Of a DNA stretch of 64,000 nucleotides, positions 1 to 9,963 are shown in pieces. Within the stretch, counting starts at the first letter, position 1. Each line of letters starts with the position of its first letter. Made by a program: the position numbers and the translations under genes. Where the stretch lies: positions 36,641 to 100,640 of the forward strand of contig JAVZHX010000002.1 in assembly GCA_038871515.1 (NCBI GenBank), given 5' to 3'. Below the pieces are notes generated by a model, which ran no database searches, was not told the origin of the DNA, and worked only from the letters and a program-made list of their open reading frames with translations. Source of the stretch: Candidatus Micrarchaeia archaeon (GTDB lineage: Archaea > Micrarchaeota > Micrarchaeia > Burarchaeales > Fermentimicrarchaeaceae).

Positions 1-288
1 GCAATATCTTTAGTTTCTGTTGCTCTTGAGATTTTGACGATGTTTATATTTGGTGTGAATGCATTTATCCTGCTAACTGCAATAATCGCTTCTTTAGCGG
101 GTTTGTTAGCTTTTCTAACTCTTATACTGTTGTTGGTTTCTACAAGGGGCAGGCATCCTAGAGTCATTCTTGACCCTGAGAAGTATAAACTTGCAAAAAC
201 AACATTCATGTACACCATTCTTTTCCTTTTTATTATTTTTTTGTCTCTAGCTTTAGTGAAATTGATAAATCCGGGGGGTAGTGAGTAG
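1..288 (+). CDS. membrane protein, 5'-truncated by window edge
   Basis: Frame open from position 1 (AISLVSVALEILTMF...); several hydrophobic segments. Confidence 0.6.
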   Translation, partial: AISLVSVALEILTMFIFGVNAFILLTAIIASLAGLLAFLTLILLLVSTRGRHPRVILDPEKYKLAKTTFMYTILFLFIIFLSLALVKLINPGGSE

Positions 289-322
289 TATGTTGTTTAT
301 ATAAATAAGGGGTGATATTGCG

Positions 323-1072
323 GTGAGAGTTTACAAAGTTGGAGATAATTTGGCATGCATCCTTCCAAAGGAAGTTGCTATGAAGCTTGGCTTGAAAGGA
401 GGGGAGGAGATAGATTTCTATGAGATAAAACCAGGTGTTTTCGCGGTGATGAGAAGGGAGGAAATTGAGCGAGTTGTGAAGGAGAAAATTGGGGAAGTTG
501 AGCTTCCCAAAAAGGAGTTGAGCGATGAGGAGATGAGGTTATTGAGGAAGCTGAACACAATAAAATTCTCAGAAAGAATACCGTATGATGTGAACAGGAA
601 GCTGAATTCAAGGGAGAGGGATGTGTTGTATAATTTGATTAGGAAGGGTGCTGTGAGAGTTTACAAAGGAGGCAAGTATTCAAAAACTGGAGTTTATGAC
701 ATATCCAACGAAATCTATCCTCTTGTCAAAAAAAGCGAAACCCCTGAAAGCAGTTTGGAGAGCGAGGGTTACGCGGTTATAGAGGATGTGAAAAGCGCGG
801 AGAGGGTGAGCAGTGCTCTTCAGAAGGAGATTAGTTTTGGTGAAATTCTTGGTGTTAGAGGGTTTGACAAGAAGTTTTACGTTGCAAAAAGAAGTTGGTT
901 TGCTGAGAAAAGCGAGAGCATAAGGAGGTGTATGGGGAGAAGAGTGAGAAGCATGGAGGAGATAAGCCGGGAAACCAAGCTGAGCGAGCCAGCCTGCAGA
1001 GTGGTGCTTGAGATAATGAGGGAGAGGGGGGAGGTTATAGAGAAGAGAAAAGGTTTCTATGAGTTGGTTTGA
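323..1072 (+). CDS. AbrB/SpoVT-like N-terminal domain protein with winged-helix-like C-terminal part
   Basis: RVYKVGDNLACILPKEVAMKLGLKGGEEI resembles AbrB hairpin; GGTGA SD and TATA upstream. Confidence 0.6.
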   Translation: MRVYKVGDNLACILPKEVAMKLGLKGGEEIDFYEIKPGVFAVMRREEIERVVKEKIGEVELPKKELSDEEMRLLRKLNTIKFSERIPYDVNRKLNSRERDVLYNLIRKGAVRVYKGGKYSKTGVYDISNEIYPLVKKSETPESSLESEGYAVIEDVKSAERVSSALQKEISFGEILGVRGFDKKFYVAKRSWFAEKSESIRRCMGRRVRSMEEISRETKLSEPACRVVLEIMRERGEVIEKRKGFYELV

Positions 1073-2262
1073 TGAATGTGATAAAGGATGCTGTTCATGG
1101 GAATATACAACTAAATAATGTGGAGCTGAAGGTTGTTGATACTCCTGAGCTGCAGAGGTTGAGGGGAGTAAAGCAGATGGCTGTTGCTTACCTTGTTTAC
1201 CCAGGTGCGAACCACACGAGGTTCGAGCACTCGCTTGGGACGATGCATATAACAGGCGAGATATGCAGGAGTTTATCTCTTGGAGAGGAGGAAACGAAAA
1301 CTCTGAGGATGGCTGCACTGCTGCATGATGTTGGGCATGCTGCTTTCTCGCATGAAACAGATGGAATTCTTTTGAGGATGAAGAGAGGAAGCCATGAGAG
1401 CAGAGGGGTTCAGGCAGTTTTAAAAGGTGAAAGCGGGGAGATTTTGGAGGAAGAGGGATATGATGTAAAAGCAGTTTGTTCAGAAATGCTTGGTGGGAGA
1501 GGGGGGATGATAGATTTTGATCTGGGTTCTGATAGGATGGATTACCTTCTGAGAGATTCACATTACACAGGAGTTGCGTATGGGGTGATAGACAGCGACA
1601 GACTGGTGCACACCATAAAAATGAGGGGAGGGAAAGCAGTTGTTGAGTGGGGTGGAATTGAGGCTGCGGAGTCACTTCTTATAGCAAGGTTTCTCATGTT
1701 TTCCTCAGTTTACTACCATCACACTGTTAGAATTGCGAGCGCAATGCTGGAGAGGGCAATTGAGCTTGCGCTTGAGGATGGAGCAGTATCAATTGATGAC
1801 ATACTCAAACGCACTGATGCAGAGGTTGGTTTGCTTCTTGAAAAAAGCAAGAGAAGCTGCGGGCTGATGAGAAAGTTGAGGGAAAGGAAGTTGTACAAAA
1901 GGGCGTATGAAGTTGAATTTTATAAATTAAGCAGGGAGGGGAAGAAAATTTTCAGAGATTACTGGAAGATGAGAGATGTGGAGGAGGAGATAAAGGAGAG
2001 GAGTGGGGTGGAGGAAGTGATGCTTGAATGCAGGCAGGGTTATGATGAGAAGTTCTCTGAAAGCAAGGTTATAATTGTCAGAGATGGGAAGGAGTATCGG
2101 CTGGAGAATTTATCTGAAATAGTTGGTGCGATAAGGAGAACTGAGGAGATGAGGAGGAGAGCGTTGGTGATATGCCCAAAGGAAAGCAAAAAAAGAGTTG
2201 AAGCTGCCTGCAGAAAGCTGTTTGAGGAGTTTATAGTTAAAGGAAGTAGTCAACAAGCTTGA
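1069..2262 (+). CDS. HD-domain phosphohydrolase (SAMHD1/dNTPase-like)
   Basis: QRLRGVKQ, YPGANHTRFEHSLG, LLHDVGH, DRMDYLLRD motifs. Confidence 0.9.
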   Translation: MMNVIKDAVHGNIQLNNVELKVVDTPELQRLRGVKQMAVAYLVYPGANHTRFEHSLGTMHITGEICRSLSLGEEETKTLRMAALLHDVGHAAFSHETDGILLRMKRGSHESRGVQAVLKGESGEILEEEGYDVKAVCSEMLGGRGGMIDFDLGSDRMDYLLRDSHYTGVAYGVIDSDRLVHTIKMRGGKAVVEWGGIEAAESLLIARFLMFSSVYYHHTVRIASAMLERAIELALEDGAVSIDDILKRTDAEVGLLLEKSKRSCGLMRKLRERKLYKRAYEVEFYKLSREGKKIFRDYWKMRDVEEEIKERSGVEEVMLECRQGYDEKFSESKVIIVRDGKEYRLENLSEIVGAIRRTEEMRRRALVICPKESKKRVEAACRKLFEEFIVKGSSQQA

Positions 2263-2389
2263 GCAGTATTATGAAAGCTAGCGTGAATGCAATAACTGCC
2301 CTGGGGTCAAGCTGGGGACCGCCAGCGCGTATATCGTAGAAACGTATTATCCCAGTTGAACTTTGTGGTGCGCTCACCTTCTCTGCCAT
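2237..2389 (-). CDS. secG: preprotein translocase subunit Sec61beta (50 aa, not in ORF track)
   Basis: Manual translation MAEKVSAPQSSTGIIRFYDIRAGGPQLDPRAVIAFTLAFIILLKLVDYFL; G-I-I-R-F-Y...L-D-P plus TM helix. Confidence 0.9.
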   Translation of the reverse strand: MAEKVSAPQSSTGIIRFYDIRAGGPQLDPRAVIAFTLAFIILLKLVDYFL

Positions 2390-2432
2390 ACGTATTTATT
2401 TAACCTTTATGATTTTTAATAATTGTGATGCG

Positions 2433-3755
2433 ATGGTTTCATTTGGCACGTCAGGCATAAGGGGGGTTGTTGGAAAGGAGATAACTCCTGAGTTAGCCCT
2501 GAGATTAGGGGAAGTTGTTGGAAAAAAGAAGAGGGTTGTTATTGGGAGGGATACGAGAGAAAGCGGGGTTGCGCTTGAGGCTGCGCTTGTTGCAGGGGTG
2601 AACTTTGCTGGAGGAGATGCTCTGAAGCTTGGAATTGTTACCACACCAACCACCGCAATTGCGACAAAGCAAAGAGGGGAGATAGGAGTTATGATAACTG
2701 CTTCCCACAACCCTGCGGAGTATAATGGGTTCAAAGTTTATAACAGGTTTGGGGAGGAGATAAGCAGGGCGGAGGAGAGGGAAATTGAGAATATTGTGGG
2801 TATGGCGAGAGCAGAACAGAGCGTTTCTGGTGGGGGGGTTTATGAGGTGAAAGATGCGGTGGAGAAGCACATCGAGCTTGTGCTTTCGCTTGTTGATGTT
2901 GGTTTGATAAAGAGGAAAAAACCAAAGGTGGTTGTTGACTGCGGAAACGGAGCAGCCTCTTCTGTTGCTCCATTTCTCCTTAAGGAAGCGGGCTGCCATG
3001 TTATAACTGTTAACGCTGAGCCAGGTGGTGCTTTCTCACGTAGCCTTGAACCGAACAGCGAGAGCCTTGCGGAAGCAGCTACAATAGTTAAGAGAACTGG
3101 TGCATCTCTTGGGGTTGGCTATGACGGGGATGGGGATAGAGCGGTTGTTATTGATGAAATCGGTTCTGTTCTTGGCTTGGATGAGCAGCTTTCACTTCTT
3201 CTGAGTTACATTGTCAGCGACGGATGCACGGTTGTTTCAACTGTTGAGGCTTCTCTTGGAGTTAGGGAAACTGTAGAAAGAAAGGGGGGAAAACTCGTTA
3301 TAACAGGGGTTGGAAGCAGAAACGTTGCTGAGATGATAAGGATAAGCAATGCTGTTTTTGGAGGGGAGCCATGCGGCGAGTATATATTCCCTGAGGAGAT
3401 AAACACACCGGATGGAATGATGACAACTTTAAAGTTTATTGAACTTGTTTGCAAGGAGGGAAGGTTGAGCAGGATGAGAGGGAAGGTGAAAAAATATCCA
3501 GTAAAGAGAATGAAGTTTGAATGCAGTGATAAAACAGGTTCAATGGAAGTTATAAAGGATAGATTGATTGAGGAGTTTGAGGGCAAGCTGAGTGAGAGAG
3601 ATGGAGTGAGAATTGATTTCAAAGATGGGTGGCTTCTTGTAAGAGCATCAGGCACCGAACCTGTGATAAGGCTGACGTGCGAGCACAAAAACAAAGGTGA
3701 GCTGGAGAGAGTGTGTAAAAAAGCTGAGCAGATAGTAAGGGAGGGGTTGAGATGA
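2433..3755 (+). CDS. glmM: phosphoglucosamine mutase / phosphohexomutase
   Basis: FGTSGIRG, TASHNP, DGDGDR, RASGTEP motifs; next to GlmU-like gene. Confidence 0.85.
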   Translation: MVSFGTSGIRGVVGKEITPELALRLGEVVGKKKRVVIGRDTRESGVALEAALVAGVNFAGGDALKLGIVTTPTTAIATKQRGEIGVMITASHNPAEYNGFKVYNRFGEEISRAEEREIENIVGMARAEQSVSGGGVYEVKDAVEKHIELVLSLVDVGLIKRKKPKVVVDCGNGAASSVAPFLLKEAGCHVITVNAEPGGAFSRSLEPNSESLAEAATIVKRTGASLGVGYDGDGDRAVVIDEIGSVLGLDEQLSLLLSYIVSDGCTVVSTVEASLGVRETVERKGGKLVITGVGSRNVAEMIRISNAVFGGEPCGEYIFPEEINTPDGMMTTLKFIELVCKEGRLSRMRGKVKKYPVKRMKFECSDKTGSMEVIKDRLIEEFEGKLSERDGVRIDFKDGWLLVRASGTEPVIRLTCEHKNKGELERVCKKAEQIVREGLR

Positions 3756-4993
3756 AAGGAGTGATAATAGCTGCTGGTGAGGGAAAAAGGCTGAAGCCAC
3801 TTACTCACACACGGCCAAAGTGCATGATACCTGTTGCGGGAAAGCCAATTCTTTATCACGTAATCCAGGTTCTTAAGGAGGCTGGAATAAAGGATTTGGT
3901 GATTGTTGTAAAGTATATGAAAGAGAAAATAATTGATAGTTTTGGCGATGGAAGGAAGCTTGGGGTGAGAATAGAGTACGCGGAGCAGAAAGAGATGAGG
4001 GGAACTGCTGATGCGTTCCTCGCAACTGAGGAGATGGTTGATGACACGTTTTTTGGGATGGCAAGCGATGTGGTGACTGAAAGCAGTGCAGTGAAAAGGT
4101 TGATTGATTCGCATGATTCTGAGATGACGGTTGGTTTGAAAAAAGTGGATGATGTGAGGGAGTTTGGAGTTGCTGAAGTTGAAAAAGGAAGAATTGTGAA
4201 ATTCATCGAGAAGCCCAGAAGAGGTGGTGCAGGGCTTGTGAACTGCAGCATGTATGTTATGAATTCAGGCATATTTGAAAAAATCAAAAAAATCAAACCT
4301 TCTGGAAGAGGGGAGTATGAGATAACGGATGTTATAAGAATGCTTGCGAAGGAGAGGAAGGTTGGGGGAGTTGAGCTGAAGGAGTTCTGGCAGGATTTGG
4401 GTATGCCGTGGCAGCTTTTTGATGCGAATGAGTTTCTTTTGAACAGAATGCCTGAGCGCAGGGAGGGGGAGATTGAAAACTGCGTTTTGAAAGGAAAGGT
4501 GATTGTTGAGAGTGGAGCACGTGTTTTTAACAGTTTCATAGAAGGGCCTGTTTTCATAGGAAGAAACAGCGAGATAGGTCCCTACTCTTTCATAAGGGGC
4601 AACAGCAGTATAGGGGAGAGGTGCAGCATAGGTGATTCAACAACTGTGAAGAATAGTATAATAATGAATGGTGTGAATGCAAAGCACCTGAGTTACATAG
4701 GGGATAGCATTGTGGGGGAGAACTGCAATTTTGGTGCTGGAACCCAGATAGCAAACTGGAGGTTTGATGCTGGAACGATAAAGATGGAAGTGATGGAGAA
4801 GAAGGTTGATACAAGAAGGAGCAAGCTTGGGGTGGTTATTGGCGATAACACAAAAACAGGGGTGCTTGTTTCGGTGATGCCAGGAAAAACAATAGGGGAT
4901 AACTGCTGGATAGGGGCGAATGTGCAGGTGGACAGAGACATACCGAGAGCCACAAAGGTTTTCTTAAAACAGCAGCTGCTTTTCAAAAGGTGA
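3752..4993 (+). CDS. glmU: bifunctional sugar-1-phosphate nucleotidyltransferase/acetyltransferase
   Basis: AAGEGKRLKPLT..RPK NTP-transferase motif plus C-terminal hexapeptide repeats (KHLSYIGDS). Confidence 0.85.
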   Translation: MKGVIIAAGEGKRLKPLTHTRPKCMIPVAGKPILYHVIQVLKEAGIKDLVIVVKYMKEKIIDSFGDGRKLGVRIEYAEQKEMRGTADAFLATEEMVDDTFFGMASDVVTESSAVKRLIDSHDSEMTVGLKKVDDVREFGVAEVEKGRIVKFIEKPRRGGAGLVNCSMYVMNSGIFEKIKKIKPSGRGEYEITDVIRMLAKERKVGGVELKEFWQDLGMPWQLFDANEFLLNRMPERREGEIENCVLKGKVIVESGARVFNSFIEGPVFIGRNSEIGPYSFIRGNSSIGERCSIGDSTTVKNSIIMNGVNAKHLSYIGDSIVGENCNFGAGTQIANWRFDAGTIKMEVMEKKVDTRRSKLGVVIGDNTKTGVLVSVMPGKTIGDNCWIGANVQVDRDIPRATKVFLKQQLLFKR

Positions 4994-4997
4994 TGAG

Positions 4998-5813
4998 CTG
5001 AGGTGCCTAATTGTTGGTGTTGACCCTGGAACAACCATTGGGTACGCGTTATTTGATTTGGAGAGGAAGGAGCTTTCTGTTGGAAGCAAGAGGGAGATGA
5101 GCAGGGAGGAGCTTGTTGGTTTAATAAGCAAAGAGGGTAAACCGGCATTGCTTGCGTGTGATGTGAATCCTCCTCCTGATTTGGTTGTTAAACTCGCTTC
5201 ATACTTCAATGTGAGAGTTGCTGTTCCTGAGAGGGACATGGGGGAGGAGGAGAAGAGCAAGCTTGTTGGTGATAGAGTTTTTTCAAATGAGCACGAGAGG
5301 GATGCGGCTGCGGCAGTTATAAGGGCGTATAGGGTTTATGAGAATAAGTTAAGACAGATAGATAGGGTGCTTGCTGAAAAGGGAATTCCAGAGAAAGCAA
5401 ATGAGGTGAAACATCTAGTTTTAAACGGCACCTCGCTGAGCGATGCGTTGCTTTTAATTGATGTAGAAAGGGAGATTGAGGTGCCTGAGGTGAAAAGCAG
5501 GGAGGAGGCAAGGGTGACTCTTGAAAAGAAGAATAAGCAGTTGAGGGAGCTTCTCATCTCAAATGCTGAGTTGAGAAAAGCTGTTGAGAGGCTGGAGAGG
5601 GAGAATGAGGAGCTGAGGGAGAAAGTAAAAAAATTGGAAAGCAGTGTTTTTGAAAGGCTTGCAAGGGAGAGGGAGATAAGGAAGAGGGATGCAGAGATAA
5701 GGAGGCTGAGAGAGAGGAGAGTGAAGAAAGTGCAGAAAAAAGCAGCGAGGAAAGAGGAGCTGGATGTAGAGGGGATTGTTGAGGAGTACAGGAAAAAACG
5801 CAAACATTTATAA
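4998..5813 (+). CDS. DUF460-family RNase H-fold/coiled-coil protein (probable CTG start)
   Basis: LIVGVDPGTT motif upstream of track start 5058; HERDA motif; coiled-coil tail. Confidence 0.75.
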   Translation: MRCLIVGVDPGTTIGYALFDLERKELSVGSKREMSREELVGLISKEGKPALLACDVNPPPDLVVKLASYFNVRVAVPERDMGEEEKSKLVGDRVFSNEHERDAAAAVIRAYRVYENKLRQIDRVLAEKGIPEKANEVKHLVLNGTSLSDALLLIDVEREIEVPEVKSREEARVTLEKKNKQLRELLISNAELRKAVERLERENEELREKVKKLESSVFERLAREREIRKRDAEIRRLRERRVKKVQKKAARKEELDVEGIVEEYRKKRKHL

Positions 5814-5858
5814 TTGCTTGAGAAATAAATTATTGAGGATACAAAGGAGGTGCATAAA

Positions 5859-6146
5859 ATGGCAGAGGAGGCAAGAAAGGACGAAAATGTGATATACATA
5901 GGGAAGAAGAGCGTGATGAGCTACGTTCTCGCCGTGATAACTCAGTTTAACAACGGCGCAAATGAGGTTGGGATAAAGGCAAGAGGTAAAGTAATTTCAA
6001 GAGCGGTGGACGTGGCGGAGATTGTGAGAAACAGATTCATGCCAGACGCCAAAATAAAGAGCATAGAGATAAAAACAGAGGAACTAACCTCAGAGGACGG
6101 AAGCAAATCCAAAGTATCTGCGATAGAGATAACAATTGCAAAGTAG
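5859..6146 (+). CDS. albA: DNA/RNA-binding protein Alba
   Basis: [35 protein letters not shown]. Confidence 0.95.
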   Translation: MAEEARKDENVIYIGKKSVMSYVLAVITQFNNGANEVGIKARGKVISRAVDVAEIVRNRFMPDAKIKSIEIKTEELTSEDGSKSKVSAIEITIAK

Positions 6147-6177
6147 TTTTTTGTTTTTTTGAATTTCCTTTTTTGTA

Positions 6178-6687
6178 ATGGTGAGGTTAATGGACGTACC
6201 AATCTGTGAGTTATGTTTGAAAAGCAATGTGCTTTGCTCGGGGTGCAACGAGAAGCTAAAAAAGGGAAAAATCTCCGAGCTAGATGTTAAGATAAGCAGG
6301 CTGTTATACAAATTAAAAGATAGGTACAAGCTTGAGGATGCTGATTTCACAAAAGCAGTTGATTTGGGAAGGGTGGTGCTTGTTCTCACAAAGAGAAACG
6401 TTGGCGCGCTTATTGGGAAGGACGGAAAGGTTGTTTCAGAAATCTCTCAGATTGCTGGAAAAAAAGTTCGGGTTGCTGAGCTGAGCGGTGATGTGAAGAA
6501 AACAATTGCAGATATAGTTGCACCTGCAAAAATACTTGGAATAAATAAAGTTTATAGGAAGGATGAGTGCTTGTATAAAGTCAGGTTTTCCAGAAAGGAG
6601 ATAGGGCAACTTCCGGTTGATATAAACTCGCTTGAAAAAGCGCTGAAATCACTGCTTGAGTCCGAAATTATGGTTGTGTTTGAGTAG
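6178..6687 (+). CDS. NusA-like KH-domain protein with N-terminal Zn finger
   Basis: PICELCLKSNVLCSGC and KH motif LIGKDG. Confidence 0.8.
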   Translation: MVRLMDVPICELCLKSNVLCSGCNEKLKKGKISELDVKISRLLYKLKDRYKLEDADFTKAVDLGRVVLVLTKRNVGALIGKDGKVVSEISQIAGKKVRVAELSGDVKKTIADIVAPAKILGINKVYRKDECLYKVRFSRKEIGQLPVDINSLEKALKSLLESEIMVVFE

Positions 6688-6695
6688 GTGGTTTT

Positions 6696-7181
6696 ATGGA
6701 GGTGAAAGTTGTAAGGATTGAGAAACCGGAGGAGTGCAATCTAATTTTAGGGCAGTCCCATTTTATAAAAAGTGTTGAGGATATTTATGAGGCGCTTGTT
6801 ACTGCTGTTCCAAACATAAAGTTTGGGCTGGCTTTTTGTGAGTCATCTGGGGATTGCTTGGTGAGAAGCGCGGGTACAGACGAGGAGCTGCGCAAGCTTG
6901 CTGAGAGGAATGCTCTAAACCTCAGCGCAGGGCATACTTTCATAATTATTTTGGGGAAGGGTTTTTACCCAATAAACGTTCTGAATGCAATAAAGAATGT
7001 TCCTGAGGTTTGTAGCATATTCGCAGCAACAGCAAACCCACTGGAAGTGGTAATCGCGGAAAGCGAGCAGGGGAGAGGTATTCTGGGAGTGATAGATGGG
7101 TTGAAAACAAAAGGAGTTGAAAAAGCTGAAGATGTGAAGAGAAGGAAGGAGTTTCTCAGGAAAATTGGTTACAAGTTCTAG
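6696..7181 (+). CDS. adenosine-specific kinase family protein (DUF355)
   Basis: NLILGQSHFIKSVED, FCESSG, AGHTF, ATANP, GRGILGVIDG. Confidence 0.85.
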   Translation: MEVKVVRIEKPEECNLILGQSHFIKSVEDIYEALVTAVPNIKFGLAFCESSGDCLVRSAGTDEELRKLAERNALNLSAGHTFIIILGKGFYPINVLNAIKNVPEVCSIFAATANPLEVVIAESEQGRGILGVIDGLKTKGVEKAEDVKRRKEFLRKIGYKF

Positions 7182-7189
7182 TTGGTTGA

Positions 7190-7720
7190 ATGTTTCAGAG
7201 AGAATTCAAAGGAGTTTCTATAAAAGTTGTGAAAGGAGATTTGACTGAAGTTGAAGCAGATTCAATAGTCAACCCAGCCAATTCTTTTGGTTACATGGGA
7301 GGAGGAGTGGCGCTTGCGATAAAAAGAAAAGGAGGCGAGGAAATAGAGAGGGAAGCAGTGAGCAAATCACCAATTCCTGTTGGGAAAGCAGTTATCACAA
7401 CTGCTGGTAAGTTAAAGGCAAAATTTGTGATTCACACTCCCACCATGGTTCGCCCGGCTGGAGAAACTAGTGTGGAAAAAGTGAAAGAAGCAACTCTCGC
7501 AGCGCTTCTCTGCGCAGAGGAAAATGAATTGAAATCAATTGCTTTTCCTGGTATGGGAACTGGAGTTGGTGGTTTATCATATGAAAATGCTGCAGAAAGT
7601 ATGGTGAATTCAATTAAGGAATTTGCGAAAAGAAGAAAGGTGGTTTCTGAAGTTATTTTAGTTGCATACAACGATGAATTATACAAACAATTCTGCAAAG
7701 CAGTCAAAGATATTCTTTAA
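7190..7720 (+). CDS. macro domain (AF1521-like ADP-ribose-binding/hydrolase) protein
   Basis: GDLT, IVNPANS, GGGVALAI, PGMGTGVGG. Confidence 0.92.
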   Translation: MFQREFKGVSIKVVKGDLTEVEADSIVNPANSFGYMGGGVALAIKRKGGEEIEREAVSKSPIPVGKAVITTAGKLKAKFVIHTPTMVRPAGETSVEKVKEATLAALLCAEENELKSIAFPGMGTGVGGLSYENAAESMVNSIKEFAKRRKVVSEVILVAYNDELYKQFCKAVKDIL

Positions 7721-9005
7721 TTCTCTTTTGGAAGAGAATTTCCCGCAGAAGCTTGCTTGTTTTTATCCACTCATCTATTTTAATTTCAAACTTTCCTGAG
7801 ATGTATGAAAGCGATTCATCAAGAGACTGGAAGGCATTGTATTGTTTTTGAAGCGCATTCCTCACTGCTTCCCTCACATTCCAAACGCCAACGGGCATTA
7901 TGTAGCCTGGGTGGGCTTCCCTCATAACAACCACTGCTGCCTGCCTTCTCTCCTTTTTAAGATGCTCGGTAACTGCAAGGCGCGCTGCAAAGTAGCAACC
8001 CCCAATATCTGGGTAGGTATTCCTCCCCCAGAAACCCTCTGCATCCGAAAAAATTGCAACCGTTCTTCCAGACGGGTTCCAGATTGTTTTTGGGTACCAT
8101 GCTTCTATCAGCTCATAACTCCAGTTAGATGGAATCATCAAAACCGCCCATCTGTTATCAAGCGCGTTGTGCGTGTAAACTCTGAACTCGTTTATAACGG
8201 GAAAATCCTTCACTTCATCACAAAGGTTTTTTGAGATTATGCTGTCAACTGCTGTGATTGACCATCTTGTTGGAACAAAGCGCCTTTTCTTCTCAACTCC
8301 AAAAAGTCCTGCTGAGAATGCTCTCTGTATTTTTGAAACAAGAACATTTTTTTCGTACAGCTCCATCACTGCGTCAGCTGCTTTCAAGTCAGTATCGCTG
8401 AATGCTTTTTCAATTCGGTGGTCAGCACTTGTGTAGTTTAAACTCATATCCTTCAATGGAGCGGATGGACCAAAGGGCTGAACCTCATCATCAAGAATTA
8501 ATCTTCCTGCTGGTTTTCTCTTGAATTCTGCTTCCACATGAGCTGGTTCTTTTGAGAGGGCTAGCTCCCTCACAAGTTCGGCAATTTTGCCTGATTCAAC
8601 ATCCTTAACATCCGCCCTGTGCTTTCCCCTCACAAGCTGAAACCTGAAATTTACTATCTCCTGAATTGTTTTATCGTGCCACATCTCAGGCATCCCCATC
8701 ACAGATGTATCGCCTATCAACGGGGGGATTAAGGGGCCTATGCTCACGTACGGGTAGCCCAAACGACCGATGAATATATCTGGCGGTGAGGAACCCTGAA
8801 TGGAAAGTGTATTGATAAGGGGTTTCACCCTCATCTGCGCGTAGAGCTTAACAAGAATTGGACACTGCAACTTGCCGCAGAGAAGTTTTGAGCCCTTGCA
8901 GACTGCGCAGCGGTTGGAGTAGGTTTGTTTTGATGAGAAACCTCCAGCTAGCTCGGTTAATGTTTTTCCATCCTCAATAACTTCAGAAACCCATGGGTTG
9001 GACAC
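7704..9005 (-). CDS. nreA: Nre family DNA repair protein (PCNA-interacting)
   Basis: CxxCKG..LCG...CP, GSSPP.IFIGR.GYP, VPTRWSITAVD, C-terminal PIP-like QKRIKEYL; GTG start at 9005 is approximate. Confidence 0.9.
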   Translation of the reverse strand: MSNPWVSEVIEDGKTLTELAGGFSSKQTYSNRCAVCKGSKLLCGKLQCPILVKLYAQMRVKPLINTLSIQGSSPPDIFIGRLGYPYVSIGPLIPPLIGDTSVMGMPEMWHDKTIQEIVNFRFQLVRGKHRADVKDVESGKIAELVRELALSKEPAHVEAEFKRKPAGRLILDDEVQPFGPSAPLKDMSLNYTSADHRIEKAFSDTDLKAADAVMELYEKNVLVSKIQRAFSAGLFGVEKKRRFVPTRWSITAVDSIISKNLCDEVKDFPVINEFRVYTHNALDNRWAVLMIPSNWSYELIEAWYPKTIWNPSGRTVAIFSDAEGFWGRNTYPDIGGCYFAARLAVTEHLKKERRQAAVVVMREAHPGYIMPVGVWNVREAVRNALQKQYNAFQSLDESLSYISGKFEIKIDEWIKTSKLLREILFQKRIKEYL

Positions 9006-9066
9006 AATAGAATTATGAATAGGAAGGTATACTAATCTTTCTTGGGGGTAACTTTCCGGTGAATGA

Positions 9067-9867
9067 ATGATTGTGAGAGAAGTTAAATGCAAATCCCTTC
9101 TCAACCCAAGCAAGCTTGCTGTTTACTGCATAAACCCATACGTTGGGTGCCAGCACGGTTGCACTTACTGCTATGCGGATTCAATTACGAGGAAGTTCAG
9201 CAAGCATTCAGAGAAATGGGGCGAGTTTGTTGACGTGAAGTTGAATGCGCCAGAAGTTTTGAGAAAAGAGATTAGAAAGAAAAAGAAGGGAAGTGTTTTC
9301 ATCTCCTCCCTTACGGATGCTTACCAGCCAGTTGAAAAAAAGTATGAGCTGACAAGAAAGCTGCTTGAAATTCTGCTTGAGAATGACTTTCCTGTTTGCA
9401 TACAGACAAAATCCCCTCTTGTTATAAGAGATTTGGATTTGTTGAAAAAGTTTGGGGAATGCGAAGTTGGTTTCACAATAATAACGCTTGATGAGTCTCT
9501 TAAAAACTTCTTTGAGCCATTCTCACCCTCTGTGAAGGAGAGAATTGATGCGCTGAGGGAGTTGAATGAAAATGGGGTTAGAACGTATCTCTTCGCAGGC
9601 CCTCTTCTTCCCTTTATCAGTGAAAGCAGCTTGGAGGGACTTGTTGAAGTTGCCTGTGAAACTAAATCAACTCTCTGGTTTGACAAACTGAATTTGAAAG
9701 CAGGAGTGTGGGAGAGAGTTAGTGAGGCTCTCCAAAGTTATGAACCAGAGATGATTCCAAAGTGGGAGGAAGTTCTTCTTTCAAAAAATGATTATTACAG
9801 AAAACTGAAAGAGAGAGTTGTGAAATTGTGCGGTGAGAAGGGAGTGGAGTGCAAAATATGTTTTTAG
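9067..9867 (+). CDS. radical SAM protein, spore photoproduct lyase-like family
   Basis: INPYVGCQHGCTYCYA (CxxxCxxC), TDAYQP.E, QTKS. Confidence 0.88.
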   Translation: MIVREVKCKSLLNPSKLAVYCINPYVGCQHGCTYCYADSITRKFSKHSEKWGEFVDVKLNAPEVLRKEIRKKKKGSVFISSLTDAYQPVEKKYELTRKLLEILLENDFPVCIQTKSPLVIRDLDLLKKFGECEVGFTIITLDESLKNFFEPFSPSVKERIDALRELNENGVRTYLFAGPLLPFISESSLEGLVEVACETKSTLWFDKLNLKAGVWERVSEALQSYEPEMIPKWEEVLLSKNDYYRKLKERVVKLCGEKGVECKICF

Positions 9868-9939
9868 TGGGCCCGCCCGGGATCGAACCGGGAATTTTCA
9901 CCGTGTCAGGGTGACGTCTTACCATTCGACTACAGGCCC
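9868..9939 (-). tRNA. tRNA-Val(GAC)
   Basis: Cloverleaf GGGCCTG/CGGGCCC, anticodon arm TCACC-CTGACAC-GGTGA, T loop TTCGATC; CCA not encoded. Confidence 0.95.
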
Positions 9940-9963
9940 ATGAAATTATTTTCAATTTATAAA

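Noticed and set aside
323..668. Exact 16-bp repeat GTGAGAGTTTACAAAG at 323-338 and 653-668
   Set aside because: Both copies are in frame within one CDS (VRVYK); explained by preferred codons, no att or mobile context
680..1675. Long antisense ORFs (this one, 3206-4114, 62199-63104 and many others)
   Set aside because: Shadows of purine-rich sense genes; S/L/F/P-rich, no motifs
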